From positions 1 to 38,082 of the forward strand of contig NW_025214012.1 in the NCBI RefSeq assembly GCF_004010195.1: a DNA stretch of 38,082 nt, given 5' to 3'. Shown here in pieces: positions 1 to 12,365 of this stretch. Origin of the DNA: Chiloscyllium plagiosum. Its lineage: Eukaryota. Below the pieces are notes generated by a model. It saw nothing but the letters and a program-made list of their open reading frames with translations. It was not told where the DNA came from and ran no database searches. Position 1 is the stretch's first letter; the number at the start of each line of letters is the position of its first letter. Both the position numbers and the translations under genes were made by a program.

Positions 1-1055
1 TACATTGAACAACACATGGAGGACTCACTGACAGAGTTAATGAGCTGGAGAATGTATACTGGGTGGCCATTTCAAAACCTCCACCCAGAGGGGCACAGCA
101 GCAGCATTGCTGATCGAGATAGTCGGGTCCAAACGAACACAGCTGCGAGACTGGTTCAGCACCGGGTGGAGAGGGAACGATTGACAGGGAGAAGCATATT
201 TGACCTCATCCTCAGCAACCTATTGACTGCAAAGACATTAATCGATGAGCACAGTGGGAACAGTGTATACCGCACACAGTAGATCTGGAGACAAAGTCCC
301 ACTTTTACTTATTGTGCCTGTCCGTGTGTTTGTGCACGTGCGTGTGTGTGTACACACATCAGCGCACATGTGAGATACACATGTTCCGAGCTTAACGGGA
401 CAGATTTTAAAGAGATCTAGAACTCAACTCTGGCCTGTGTGAGGTGATTCGAGTCATCAGCAGCAGAATTGTACTCTCGCACAATTTTCACTGTCACTGC
501 CTGGCATATGTTCCACTTTACCCTGACCATCAGGCCAGAGGATAAACACTTGTTCATTGGAGAATACAGGAGGGCTGGCCAGGAGGAGCACCAGGTACAC
601 TGGCATCGACCTGTCAATGTGGGAAACTCTCCGGGTGTGTCCTGTACACACACAGACAAACCATCAGACAATCAATGTCAACACCATTGCTTTCATCTCT
701 ATCATTAATAAAGGGATGGAAGATGTCACTCACAGTGGGATCAAGGAGCACTTTCTCAGCACCAAATTGCTCACTGAAGCTCAGTTTGGGCTCTCATCCC
801 TTGGGCTCATTGAAGCCTTGGTTTAACGATGTACAAGAGACCATGCAGCTGAATTCTAGAGGCGAGGCAACAGTGACTGAGCTTAACATCATCATATCTG
901 CCGTTGACAAAGTTTCCTATCAAGGACTAATGACAAAACTGGAGCAAATAGGAACCGTCTGCACTGGTTGAAGTTATGCCTGAAAGGAAGGTGGCTAGGG
1001 TTGGAGGAGAGCATCCATCTCAGTTCCAGGACAACTCTGCAGCTGTTCCCCAGGG

Positions 1056-1310
1056 GAGGGGTTTCTGGGAAAACCTGTAGATAAGAAGTGGAAAGGTAAG
1101 GCACCATACCCCGACAGGATGATGGGGCTGCTCTCTCTTTGGACAGAGACGACTGGTGGAAGTTTAACTGGACAGTCATCATGCCTCAAATAAGGGAGAG
1201 GTTGAGTTTTCCCTTTTTAGTCACGTCAGTCAGTGCAGAATTGAACCCACACTGTCGGCATTAATCTGCATTACAAACCGGCGGTCCAACTGATTGAGGT
1301 AGCCAAGTCC
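1056..1310 (-). mobile_element. tRNA-derived SINE inserted in the LINE RT
   Basis: It separates the PQG and (S)VLGP halves of an RT motif. An antisense B-box-like sequence (GAATTGAACCCAC) lies at ~1238 and an A-box-like end near 1295. Confidence 0.6.
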
Positions 1311-1329
1311 TCACTCAGTTATTTGGAGA

Positions 1330-1440
1330 AGCTACTGTAACATTATTGTTTTCAGATATGTTGTTAGATACCTCTGGAGGAGGTGGAACTAGAAGCCAGC
1401 TTCCGAGCTCAGAGAGAGGGACAGCATCAGTGAGCTGTCA
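1330..1440 (-). mobile_element. Second degenerate tRNA-derived SINE fragment
   Basis: Antisense tRNA-head-like sequence (GGTGGAACTAGAAGCCAG...AGGGACAGCATCAGTGAGC). Confidence 0.4.
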
Positions 1441-1811
1441 GAGTGCTTTCTGCCCTCGGCCCAATAATTTTCAGCTGCTTCATAAATAACAATCCCTACA
1501 TTGTTAAGTCACAACTGGGGATGTTTGCCAATGATTGGACAATGTTTAACACCATTCGTGATTTACTCAGATACAGAAGCAGTCCTTGTCCAAATGTACC
1601 AGGACCTGGAAATATGCAGGTGTGTGCTTCACAGTGACAATACCATTTCCATTACACATGTGCCAGTCAACGATTACTTCTAACAATGGAAAATTAAACC
1701 AAATCCTCTAACGGTCAATGCCACCAGCATAACTGAACACATACCAAGCAATATCGCCGGGATTACCGTTAACGTGAACTGAACCTACCATATGATTCAA
1801 TTACCTATTCC

Positions 1812-1885
1812 TGTGAAGGGCTTATGCTAAAACATTGAACCTCCTGTACCTCAGCTGCTGCCTGACGTGATTTGCTTTTCCAGCT
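1812..1885 (+). mobile_element. Penelope-like terminal repeat fragment (degenerate hammerhead)
   Basis: CCTGTGAAGGGCTTATGCTAAAAC...GCTGCCTGAC...TTTTCCAGC resembles the copy at 22981-23060. Confidence 0.6.
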
Positions 1886-2319
1886 TTTTGACACATATAA
1901 ATTCATTGACTACAAGAATATGTCAGAGGCTAGACATTCTGCAGTAATAACTCACCTCAAAATTTCCAAAAGCCTGTCCCCTATTATTAAGACACATGTT
2001 GAATACTTCCATTTGCATGTGTGGGCGCAGTTTCACCCCTCATCCACTGATGCTCAGTAGCAGCAATACCTGCCATCTACTTGATGCTCTGCAGAAATTT
2101 ACCAAGGCTCCTTACAACGAACCTCTGAACCCCCGAACATCAATAAGGACAAGGGAAGCAGATACACGGGACCTCCACCATGTTCGCGTTCTGTTCTAAA
2201 TCGCCTACCATCCTGATTGGGAAGTATATTGCCGTTCCTACAGTGTCACTCTTTCAAGTTCCATATCTATCAATAAATGTCGTCCCAATCACATTGCATG
2301 AATAAATTAACATAAAGAA

Positions 2320-2600
2320 TATTGTCGAGACCTGTTTAATGCTGGACACGGTTTTGGGTTTTGTGAACTCAGGGTGGTTGGTCCAGGCAGTTCCCTGCTT
2401 GTTGTGAACAGCTGAAGGGATATGATGTTTGAAACAATCTGTCAGTCTCTCAAAGGCATGACCTACATACCGAACATCCCAGACACTGGCATTCTCATCC
2501 CACATTACTGAGCTCTAAGATAGACAGAAGCAACTGAAAATGTACTTATATCTGACTGGGGCATGTTTAAACACACAGTGACATTGTTGCCATGAAAATG
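2320..2600 (-). mobile_element. Penelope-like GIY-YIG endonuclease remnant
   Basis: ORF 2254-2505 reads DVRYVGHAFERLTDCFKHHIPSAVHN, matching the Y(V/I)G..T..L..R..QH pattern. Confidence 0.65.
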
Positions 2601-2616
2601 CTTATGATTATTAGCA

Positions 2617-2721
2617 GGGAGAAAGCGAGGACTGCAGATGCTGGAGATCAGATTCAAAAAATGTAGTTCTGAACAAAACCTCAGACATTCAGGCAGCATC
2701 TGAGGAGCAGGAGAATCGACT
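2617..2721 (-). mobile_element. Penelope-like terminal repeat fragment
   Basis: GGAGAAAGCGAGGACTGCAGATGCTGGAGATCAG...CAGGCAGCATCTGAGGAGCAGGAGAATCGAC is the same family as the copies at 13550 and 33258. Confidence 0.7.
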
Positions 2722-3785
2722 ATTAGTTAACAGTATTAATACAAGGGAAAATAATTGAATATTTTCAAATTCCTTGTACTGAATAATAATTTGGTCTTGG
2801 GTGTGGCAATAAGACTAATCATTTCTATGCTAATTACTGCGAGTTTTCATCATATTGTTGTTATAACAGTGTACTGAATAAATGGGTGATTTTGTGCTTT
2901 TTGGACAATCTAAAAGTTGGTATTACGAAAGGATATCGGACCTTCAGTAAAGAGACAGTACTTAATGGCTGTTAACGGTTAGAAAAATGCGGCACACATT
3001 TACACAGAGATTTCCAGCTCAAGTTACACACAAGCTCGTTGGGCTGGGATCATACTGGCCATCAATGGAGCTGCACAATTCTGTTTGGATACTAACATTG
3101 TGGGGCTAATATACACTGGATATGGTTTATGACGGATTCAATGTAAGATACCATATGTTGCAGGAGTCCACCACCTTTATAACACCTTCATTCAGGATCA
3201 GGAGCAAGGTTCAGAATTACAGAGTTTAGGTGGCACAAAAGAAGAGATATATTTGCAAGACATGGCTGTTTACAGGTTGTTTTTATTGAACTGCGTCTGG
3301 ACCAGCGCCATGTGCTAGTCCATTGACCAGTCTGCCCCACACACATCTCCCTGTTGTTCAGGTATGTCTCTAACCAGTCTATTGTGAGCGATTGTGTGAG
3401 TAACTGCCCAGCTCCAGTTTGGAAGCTCTCTGGACACATTTTGGAGATGGTCAGTGTTTTGGAGGTCGTGGTGAGGGCTAGTAATACTGTATCGGAATTC
3501 AGACTTTTCCTCAAAGTCATTTTCAATAACTTTACTGCTTGCAAGATGGTGGGTTCACTGATATGAACATGAATCAGCTCTTTACTGTAGTCACTGAATT
3601 TTGTATTAGTTACGTGGACGCTCTGGTAGTTCAATTATTGCACACTTCAATTGTTTTCTACTGAAAAACAATGATGTTTGGTTTATTTCAAAATATGTAA
3701 GAAATAAAGTAATACTAACTCTTCATTACAGAAAATGTGAAAATGACCAGGTATATATTCCCATGGACTAATCAAATAACAGTCA

Positions 3786-4530
3786 GATATTGTCTATTAA
3801 GCAGGTTTCTGTGAACAGGACTATGTCCCAGGCAACATCACCACTCTCTCTGTTAGGTTCTATCCCACTGACAGGACACAGACAGGCAGAGGGGACAGCT
3901 CCTTGGTATACAGTCAATATAGGTTGTCATGGTCGCTCAGTTGTTAGCACTGCTGTCTCATAGCACCAGGGTCCCAGGTTTGATTCCAGTCTCTGGCAAC
4001 TGCCTGTGCGGCATTTGCACATTCCCTCTGTCCCTGCGTGGGTTTCCTCCCACAGTCCAAAGATGTGCAGCTCAAGTGAATTGGCTATGTTAAACTGCCC
4101 ATAGTGTTCAGCGAGGCGTGTATTGCTCTTCTGAGGGTCGGTGTGGACTGGTTGGACAGAAGGGCCTGTTCCCATACTGTAGAATCTAATCTAATGATAA
4201 TACTCAGCATTGATGCTGGATCCTGTGGCTGCTAGACTGCGCTGTGGTAGGTTATTGTGGAATCAATAAAAGGGTAACATATAACTGACCATATCATCAC
4301 CGATCTGCCTGCTGCGGATACACCTCTCCATTTCATACATCAGGAAGAATGGTCACTGCACAATGGGGAGCAAGGGCTACCTTCGCATTTTGCAGACCCC
4401 CCACACCATGATATGTAGCTCCATGAGTACTGAATGGAACAGACTTTACAAAGATTGAATAACCAATGGTGATGCAGCCATGAGGTGCAGAGGGCCATCG
4501 ACATCAGCAGAATCATACTCTGTACAGATC
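3786..4530 (+). mobile_element. Decayed CR1-type LINE endonuclease region split by a SINE
   Basis: Segments resemble 60-300 and 420-480 (GGCTGCTAGACTG..., GGGCCATCGACATCAGCAGAATCATACTC). Confidence 0.55.
3927..4195 (+). mobile_element. tRNA-derived SINE (HE1-like)
   Basis: A-box/B-box head (GCTCAGTTGTTAGCAC...GGTTTGATTCCA), a body shared with the copies at 4806 and 28159, and a (TCTAA)n tail. Confidence 0.85.
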
Positions 4531-4552
4531 GTACAGTCTGCAACTTCACAGC

Positions 4553-4790
4553 CAGACATACTCCCCACTGTACAGTAACCATCATGGCCTGACATACCTC
4601 CCACTGTACAGTAACCATCACGGCCCGGCATACCTCCCACTGTACAGTAACCATCACGACCCGACATACCTCCCACTGTACAGTAACCATCACGGCCTGA
4701 TATACCTCCCCCTGTACAGTAACCATCACGGCCCGGCATACATCTTACTGTACAGTAACCGTCACGGCCCGACGTATCTCCCACTCTACA
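4553..4790. repeat. 36-bp minisatellite, about 6.5 copies
   Basis: Unit GACATACCTCCCACTGTACAGTAACCATCACGGCCC. It produces the 12-aa periodic ORFs on the minus strand. Confidence 0.95.
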
Positions 4791-4805
4791 GGCACAATCA
4801 AGAGA

Positions 4806-5091
4806 GGCACGGTGGCTCAGTGTTCAGCACTGCGACCTCACAGCGCCAAGGTCCTATGTTCGATTATGGCCTTTGGCGACGCTCTGTTTGGAGTTTGCGT
4901 ATTCCCCTGCCCCGTGTCTGCGTGAGTTTCCTCCCACAGACCAAAAATGTGCAGGCCAGATGAATTGGCCATACTGGATTGTCAAGTGTTTTAGTCAGAG
5001 AGAAAAGGATCTGGGTGGGTTAATCTTCGGAAGGTTGATGTGGACTGGAAAGGCCGAAGGGCCTGTTTAAACACTGTAAGGAATGCAATCT
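4806..5091 (+). mobile_element. tRNA-derived SINE (HE1-like)
   Basis: GGCACGGTGGCTCAGTG...GTTCGATT head and a CR1-like 3' end (GGCCGAAGGGCCTGTTT...ACACTGTAAGG). Confidence 0.85.
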
Positions 5092-5817
5092 ACTCTCCAA
5101 GGTTCAAATCAGGATTATGATGCAATAATCATTTGGCTGAATGAGTGCAGCTCCACCACTACTCTAGTATGGACTAGCAACAGGCAACACATTTGTGTGG
5201 GGAGGATCACGTCTCACAAAATTGATTGATTATATTGAGGAAGTGACAAAATTGATTGATGAGGGCATGGGACTGGATGTTTTTGACCTTAGGAAAGCCT
5301 TTGATATGGTTCCTTATTGCAGGCTCATACAGAATGCGATGTGAAACGGGATCAGCGGTAAGTTAGCAAGATGGATAGAGAACTGCTTGGCCATAGAAGA
5401 CAGAGTAGTGGTGGAACAGTGATTTTGGGACGAGAGATCTGTAAATTGATTGGCAGAGTTGCAGATTGTGATGATGATTGCCAGAGAATAAGGCCGGATA
5501 TAGGTCAGCTGCAGACTTGGATAGAAAAAACACAGATGTAACTTTATTTGAACAATTGTGACGTGATGCCTTTTGGAAGGACTAATGCAGGAAAGAAGTA
5601 TAAAGTGGATGGAAAAAACTACTGGTCTCATCAACATCTGAAGGCATCTTGGTGTACAGCTCAAAAGTTCCCTGAAAATGGCAACACGGTGGATAAGGTG
5701 ATCAAGAAGACTGACGGAAAACTTACAGACTGCATCGGAGCATGCAATATGAATAATAACAGGTCAAATTGCATCTGTAGAGAAACTTAGTTCGAGGTGC
5801 ATTTAGAATACTGTGTA

Positions 5818-7580
5818 GGTAAAAACAATGACTGCAGATGCTGGAAACCAGATTCTGGATCAATGGTGCTGGAAGAGCACAGCAGTTCAGGCAGCATCCG
5901 AGGAGCTTCAGCAAAATCGACGTTTCGGGCAAAATCCCTTCATCAGGAATAAAGGCAAAGAGCCTGAAGCGTGGAGAGATAAGCTAGGGGACGATGGGGA
6001 TGGGTAGAGAGTAGCATAGATTACAATGTGTGAATGGAGGAGGGGCAGTAGGGGTGGCGGAAGTCACTGAGCATGTGGCATCGGCAATGATGTGAGGGCC
6101 GGAACTGGCTATGGGAGTGGCCATGATGGGTGCGGAAGTGGCATCATCAATCAGCGTGGGGGTGGTAGCTGCATCAGCCACATGGCTAATGGTGTTTCCG
6201 AGGCCAGGGGAATCTTCTGGAATGTTTGAGGTGCGCTGGTTATGGACGTGGGTGGATAAAATTTTGTTCTACTTACAGTTTTTGATGTTTGAGATGGAAT
6301 TGAAATACTGTTTGTTCAGAGTATTTATTCTCCTGAGGATGTAGTACAGAGTGGGTCCTTTGCAATTCTGAGAGAGTGTGGCCCTCAGCTGAGGCAGGGC
6401 AGACTGTATACCTGTCTCTTGTTGGCGACGTAGAACAGTTGATCTTCCGTAGTTACACCGGCACCACTCCCGACGTCATCCTTCGCTACATTCATGACTG
6501 CATTGGCGCCACCTCGTGCTCCCGCGAGGAGGTTGAGCAATTCATCAACTTCACCACACCGGCACCACTCCCGACCTCATCCTCCGCTACATTGATGACT
6601 GCATTGGCGCCACCTCGTGCTCCCGTGGAGGAGGTTTAGCAATTCATCAACTTCACCAACACATTCCACCCTGACCTTAAATTTACCTGGACCATCTCTG
6701 ACACCTCCCTCCCCTTCCTGGACCTCACCATCTCCATTAGTGACGACCGACTTGACACTGTCATTTTTTACAAACCCACCGACTCCCACAGCTACCTGGA
6801 TTACACCTCTTCCCACCCTATCTCTTGCAAAAATGCCATCCCCTATCCCCAAGTCATCCGCCTCCGCCGTATCTGCTCCCAGGAGGACCAGTGCCACCAC
6901 AGAACATACCAGATGGCCTCCTTCTTTCGAGATCGCAATTTCCCTTCACACGTGGTTAAAGATTCCCTCAAATGCATCTCGTGCACATCCCGCACCTCCG
7001 CCCTCAGACACCACCCCTCCAACCGTAACAAGGACAGAACGCCCCTGGTGCTCACCTTCCACCCTACAAACCTCCGCATAAACCAAATCATCCACCGACA
7101 TTTCTGCCACCTCCAAAAAGACCACCACCACCAGGGATATATTTCCCTTCCCACCCCTGTCCGCCTTTCCACAAAGACCGTTCCCTCCGTGACTACCTGG
7201 TCAGGTCCACGCCCCCGTACGACCCACCCTCCCATCCTGGCATTTTCCCCTGCCACCGCAGAAACTGTAAAACCTGTGCCCACACCTCCTTCCTCACCTC
7301 TATCCAAGTCCCTAAAGGAGCCTTCCATATCCATCAAAATTTTACCTGCACATACACTAATATCATTGATTGTATCCATTGCTCCCTACATTGGGGAGAC
7401 TGGGCGCCTCTTAGCAGAGCGCTTCAGGGAACATCTCCGGGACACCCGCACCAATCAACCAAACCGACCCGTGGCCCAACATTTCAACTCCCGTCCCACT
7501 CTGCCGAGGACATGGAGGCCCTGGGCCTCCTTCACCGCCGCTCCCTCACCGCCAGACGCCTGGAGGAAGAACCCCTCATC
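5818..7580 (+). mobile_element. Penelope-like retroelement: inverted terminal/5' part (5818-~6408) plus RT C-terminal half and GIY-YIG endonuclease (6410-7580)
   Basis: LRYIDDCIG, HPDLKFTW, LPFLDL, YKPTDSHSYLDYTSSHP and YIGETGRLLAERFREHL..PVAQHFNS are present, with frameshifts. Confidence 0.92.
5919..5946 (-). ncRNA. Minimal hammerhead ribozyme motif in a Penelope terminal repeat
   Basis: The reverse complement reads CUGAUGA-A-GGGA-UUUU-GCCC-GAAAC-GUC, with one mismatch in stem II. Confidence 0.7.
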
Positions 7581-8284
7581 TAAGTTTTACTAGCATGTTG
7601 TCTGGTTTGGAGGGTATTAGCCAGAAGGAGAAATTGAACACACATGGTTTGTTTGCACCTGGGCATCATTGGCTATGGGGCTTCCTGATAGATATTTATA
7701 AAATTATCAGAGGCATAGATAGAAGGACAGTTAGAGGCTTCCCCCCCCCCTCCCAGAGTAGAAGTAACAATGACTCAGGACCGCAGATTTTATGCAAAAT
7801 GGAGAAAGTTCAGGAGATATGATCGGTAAGTGTTTTTTTTTGCTGTTCCAGACAGAATGTGAAAGTGCCTGGAATGCACTGTTAGAGGAGAAGAAGCCAA
7901 TGTAGCAAGGTTTCAGAGGGATCTTGGCACGAGTATGAGTTAGTAAGGAATAGAATGACATGGAAGGTATTGGAGCAAATACTTTCGTTTTAACTTTGGA
8001 ATGACACCATGTGTTGGTGCGGGCTTGGTGGGCTGAAGGGCCTGTTCTTGTACTGGATTGTTGTTTAATTTTATCATTATGGATCTGGGTCTGCAACATG
8101 ACCAACAAATGAATACAAATGATGAAATGAATGATCGTTCTAAACACACGCAAAAATCCAAAATCAAAACAAAGCCAATTACACGGCATGAGGGGAGAAC
8201 TGACCAAGATTGGATAAACAGGCTAAAATGTTTGACTGTAAATGAAGATTGAGAAACTTGTCAAGGAGTCCTGGAAGGACAGGC

Positions 8285-9535
8285 GTAAATGTATGTGGAA
8301 AGGCAAGGACTGATTAGGAATAGTCACACGGCTTTGTGCGTGGGAAACCATCTCTCACAAACTTGATAGAGTTTTTTTTAAGAAGTAACAAAGAGGATTG
8401 ATGAGGGCACAGCAGTGGACGTCTTCGATATGAACTTCAGTAAGTTGTTCGACAGATTCGACTGTTTACCCAGTTTAGATCTCACCGAATACAGTGAGAA
8501 CTAGCTACTTGGATACAGAACTGGTTCAAAGGTAAAAGACATAGGTGGTTGTGGAAGGATGTTTTTCAGATTGGAGACCTGTGACCAGTAGAGTGCCACA
8601 AGGATCGGTGCTGGGCCTACTACTTTTCGTCATTTATATGAATGATTCGGATGTAAGCATAAGAGGTACAGTTAGTAAGTTTGCAGATAACACCAAAATC
8701 GGAGATGGAGTGGACAGCGAAGAAGGGAACCTCAGATTACTACGGGAACTTGATCAGATGGGCCTATAGCCTGAAAACTGGCATATGGTGTATAACTTAG
8801 ATAAATGCGAGTTTCTGTATTTTTGGGAAAGCAAATCTTACCACAACTTATACACGTGTTGGTAAGGTCCTCCAGTGTAATGCTGAACAAACAGACCTTG
8901 GACTGTAGGTTCATAGCTCCTTGAAACTGGAGTCACGGATCGATAGCATTATGAAGAAAATGCTTGGTATGCTTTCCATTATTGGTCAGAGCATTGAGTA
9001 TAGGAGTTGGGGCTGATGTTGCGGATGTACAGGATATTGGTCGGGCCAATTTTAGAATATTGCGTGCAATTCTGGTCTCCTTCCTATCGGAAAGATGTCA
9101 TGAAACTTGAAATGTCTCAAAAAAGACTTACAATGATGTTACCAGGGTCGGAGGATTTGAGCTATAGGGAGAGGTGGAATAGGTAACAGTTGTTCTCCCT
9201 GGAGTGTCAGGAGCTGAGGGGTGACCTTGTTGAGGTTCATAAAATCTTAAAGGGCGTGGATAGGATGAATAGACAAAGTCTCTTCCCTGGTGTGGGCGAG
9301 TCGAGAACTAAAGGACATCGGTTTAGCGTGAGAGAGGAAAGATATAAAAGAGACCTGAGGGTCAACTTTTTCAGACAGAGGGTGGTCCATTTATGGAATG
9401 AGCTGCTCGAGGAAGTGATGTAGGCTAGTATGATTGTAACATTTAAAAGCCATCTGTATGGTATATGAATAGGAATGGTTTGGAGGGATATCAAGCAAAG
9501 AGTCTGTTTCCATGCTATACTCCTCTGACTGTATG
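8285..9535 (+). mobile_element. 5'-truncated CR1 LINE (RT to 3' end), decayed
   Basis: VPQGSVLGLLLFVIYMND, SKFADNTKI, LEYCVQFWSP, LRGDLVEVHKIL and FFRQRVVHLWNEL, followed by a 3' tail. Confidence 0.92.
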
Positions 9536-10039
9536 AGTCTATAAATCTTTCAAAATGATCAATGAAACAACAATCCATTGAAAATCAAGTTAGAAACCCC
9601 AGCCACCGGCTGAAGGTGCCCATGCATTTCCCTGCAGTCCGTTCCCCTGAGACTATCAGACGTATCAGAGTTTTTGTTGCAGATGCAGTGTGTTTGGTAC
9701 GATCACTCTTGCCATGTGGTATAAGGGTTAGAATGACATTGGAACAGTGATATATAACAGGTGCAAATGTCACTGACTGAGGACAAGACACAGTACAGCC
9801 AATAGCCTGGTTGTGTGTCTGTACCAACTGCCGTCACAAGGCGCTGACAGGGCAAGGTAAAACATGCTGTGGGCATGCTTGGAGACAGGGAAATGCATGC
9901 TCATGTAGCAAGGGAGCAGCCCTGATAGGCAGCCTGATCTGGGATGTGAACTGGGTGACTTTCCTTGGCAGTAACTACATGCCATGCAGCCATACATTCC
10001 TAGTTGTTGGTCTACACTTCTCGGCAATAGAGTGAGGAG

Positions 10040-10920
10040 ACAAAACTGAGTATGGTGGTCATCACAAAGGAGAAGATGCTAGAAAAACGGAATGGCCCGA
10101 GGTTGGATAAACCTCTGTTCCAGCTGGACTACACCCCAGGTTTCTATGGGAGATACCTGAAGTGACAGTCGTAGCCTTGTTGGCAATCTTTCAGGAATTT
10201 ATAGAATCAGGGAAGTTCCGAGAGGACTGGAAAATCACCAAAACAATATCCCCGTTTAAAATGGGAGTAAGGCAAAAGACAGAAAATTACAGGACAATTA
10301 CCTTAATCTCAGTTGTGGGTAAAATCCTGGCATCTATTGTGAAGAATGAAATTTCTGCAAGAGTCGTGAAGTAATGTTGCAGCTGTAATGGTTAGGCCAC
10401 ATTTGGAGTACTGTGTGCAGTTCTGTTCGCCTCACTTTAGGAAAAATGTGGAAGCTTTGGAGAGGGTGCAGAGAAGATTTACCAGGTTGTTGCCAGGAAT
10501 GGAGTATAGGTCATACGAGGATAGGTGAAGAGTGCCAGGCTTTTTCTCGTTGGAACGGCGAAGGATGAAGGGTGACTTGATAGAGGTTTATAAGATGATC
10601 AGAGGAATAGATAGAGTAGACATTCAGAAACTTTTTTCCCCAGGTACAACATAGTGTTAGAAGTGGACATAAAGTTAAGGTGAAGGATGGAAGGTATAGA
10701 GGAGATTTCAGGGGTGGATTCTTTACCCAGAGAGTGGTGGGGGCATGGAATGCGCTGCCCATGGGAGTGGGAGAGTTAGAATTATTGGTGACCTTTAAGC
10801 GGCAATTGGATAAGTACATGGATGCGTGCTTAAGCTATGACAAATGTGCGGCACAACATCGTGGACCGAAGGGCCTGTTCTATGCTGTATTGTTTTATGT
10901 TCTATGTTCTATGTTCTATG
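10040..10920 (+). mobile_element. Two CR1 LINE fragments (pre-RT region 10040-10365; 3' end 10372-10920)
   Basis: EDWK...NYRTITLISVVGKIL in the first part. LEYCVQF..FFTQRVVGAWNALP and a (TCTATGT)n tail in the second. Confidence 0.88.
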
Positions 10921-11119
10921 ACTCCCTTGTGAATACTGACACACTCCAGGGATCGTCTCCCTGTAAATAAAGACATCCTTCCCGGGAGTCTCCTGTAAAT
11001 ATTGACAACATAATGATCCAAGAATTAATGCAGAGCGAAAAATTCCGTTTAAATGTAAGCTTCAGAGAAACATATAATGAATTTTTAAAGCTCCTGAAGG
11101 CATATGCAGGGAAAAAAGA

Positions 11120-12365
11120 ACGATTATTGAAAACAAATCCCTTACAAAGAGAAACAGAGGACGTTATAATGTGGGATTAATATATCCCATGCCAAACAAA
11201 CATGTATATTGGTTCTGCCATCACAAATGATGACACAAGTAATATTCCTAAATTACTGGGAGGAAAAAGAAAGGAAAGAACTGAAGGAAATCAGTATTAT
11301 CAGGAAGATGTTGTTGTGGAAATTGATGCGATTAAAGACAATAAATTCCGCCAACTGCAAATCAAACAACCATGTACTTAAAGTCACCCGAATTGCAGTG
11401 AATGCCTTGCGTAACTAGAGTGTGGAGGATACGTAGAGCAAAGTAATTTTCATATTTCATTATTCTATCGACTCTGAAACATTATCTATGAATAGGAGGT
11501 CAGTTAATGTGACCTGACTATTTATAAAAGGAAGTAGTGAGAAAACATGGAATGACAGAGAAGTTAGCCTCACACTGGAAAACAGTAACTGAATTGGACA
11601 GAACCATCATAAATTTACGAAACTAAAATAGAAAAACAGATCTCAACTTCTTGTATACAAATCATTGAACGTAAGCCTGCCAGCGCAGCAGCAGTTGAGG
11701 AAGACAAACGGTGTTTTAGTCTTGGTACTGGAGGATTTGAACACAGGAACAGGGATGACTTGCTGAAATTGTGCAGGGTCTTGTTGTTATCACAACCTAG
11801 AATGTTGTGTGCAGTTTTATAATCCTTTCATGCCAAAGATGTTCTCCATACAGGAACTGCGCAACAAAGGTTTATCAGACTGATTCATAGGATGGCAGGA
11901 CTGACGTATGAGGAAAGAATGGATTCGTGAGGATGAAAAACAATCAAGTTTAGGATGAAGTAGGATGCCACAGAAACGAACAAAATTCTAAAAGGTATGA
12001 ACAAGGTAAATGTAGGAAGGATGCTGTCAGTGACCAGGACGTCCATAACGTAGGGGGTCTAAAGGTGGCGTCACTTCTAAGAATTTGGGTTAGTTCATTT
12101 AAAACTGAGATGAGGATTTTATTTTTTAATCAAAGACTGGTTACTCAGTGGAATTTGCTCCCACATAAAGCAATTAAATCCAGAACTTGGAATGTTTACA
12201 AGATGAAAATGTCCATAATTTTGAGGGTACGAGCAATCAAAAGGTACAGGTCTAGGGAGGTAGCAGGTTACTGTGCGAAATGACCAGCCAAGATCATATT
12301 GAATTATGGAGAAGGATCAAACATCACAACAAGCCAGTCCTCTTCTGATATTTTAAATTTCCATT
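11120..12365 (+). mobile_element. Old, internally deleted CR1 LINE
   Basis: ELKEISIIRKMLLWKLMRLK, HLECCVQF-like and FFNQRLVTQWNLLP remnants, plus a degenerate 3' UTR. Confidence 0.7.

Larger units (their letters stand above)
1..2300 (+). mobile_element. Decayed CR1-type LINE ORF2 (endonuclease + RT remnants), interrupted by SINEs and a Penelope terminal fragment
   Basis: Frameshifted translations give an EN C-terminus (TGRSIFDLILSNL), a linker (SAAELYSR..TIRPEDKHLFIGEYRRAGQE) and RT blocks (LLTEAQFG, AVDKVSYQG, AVPQG at ~1045-1055, LGPIIFSCFINN, MFANDWT at ~1520). Confidence 0.8.
5180..8065 (+). mobile_element. Decayed CR1 LINE RT and 3' end, split by the Penelope insertion at 5818-7580
   Basis: An RT remnant (KAFDMVP, HLEYCV ending at ~5817) resumes at ~7582 (FTSMLSGLEGIS..LIDIYKIIRGID) and ends in a CR1 3' tail (GGGCTGAAGGGCCTGTT). 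Confidence 0.8.

Noticed and set aside
4340..4784. Periodic proteins (MVTVQWEVCRAV / GRDGYCTVGGMS repeats)
   Set aside because: They are by-products of a 36-bp minisatellite, with no splice or expression evidence.
6577..7379. Gly/Val/Trp-rich minus-strand ORFs
   Set aside because: They are antisense shadows of the C-rich Penelope ORF.
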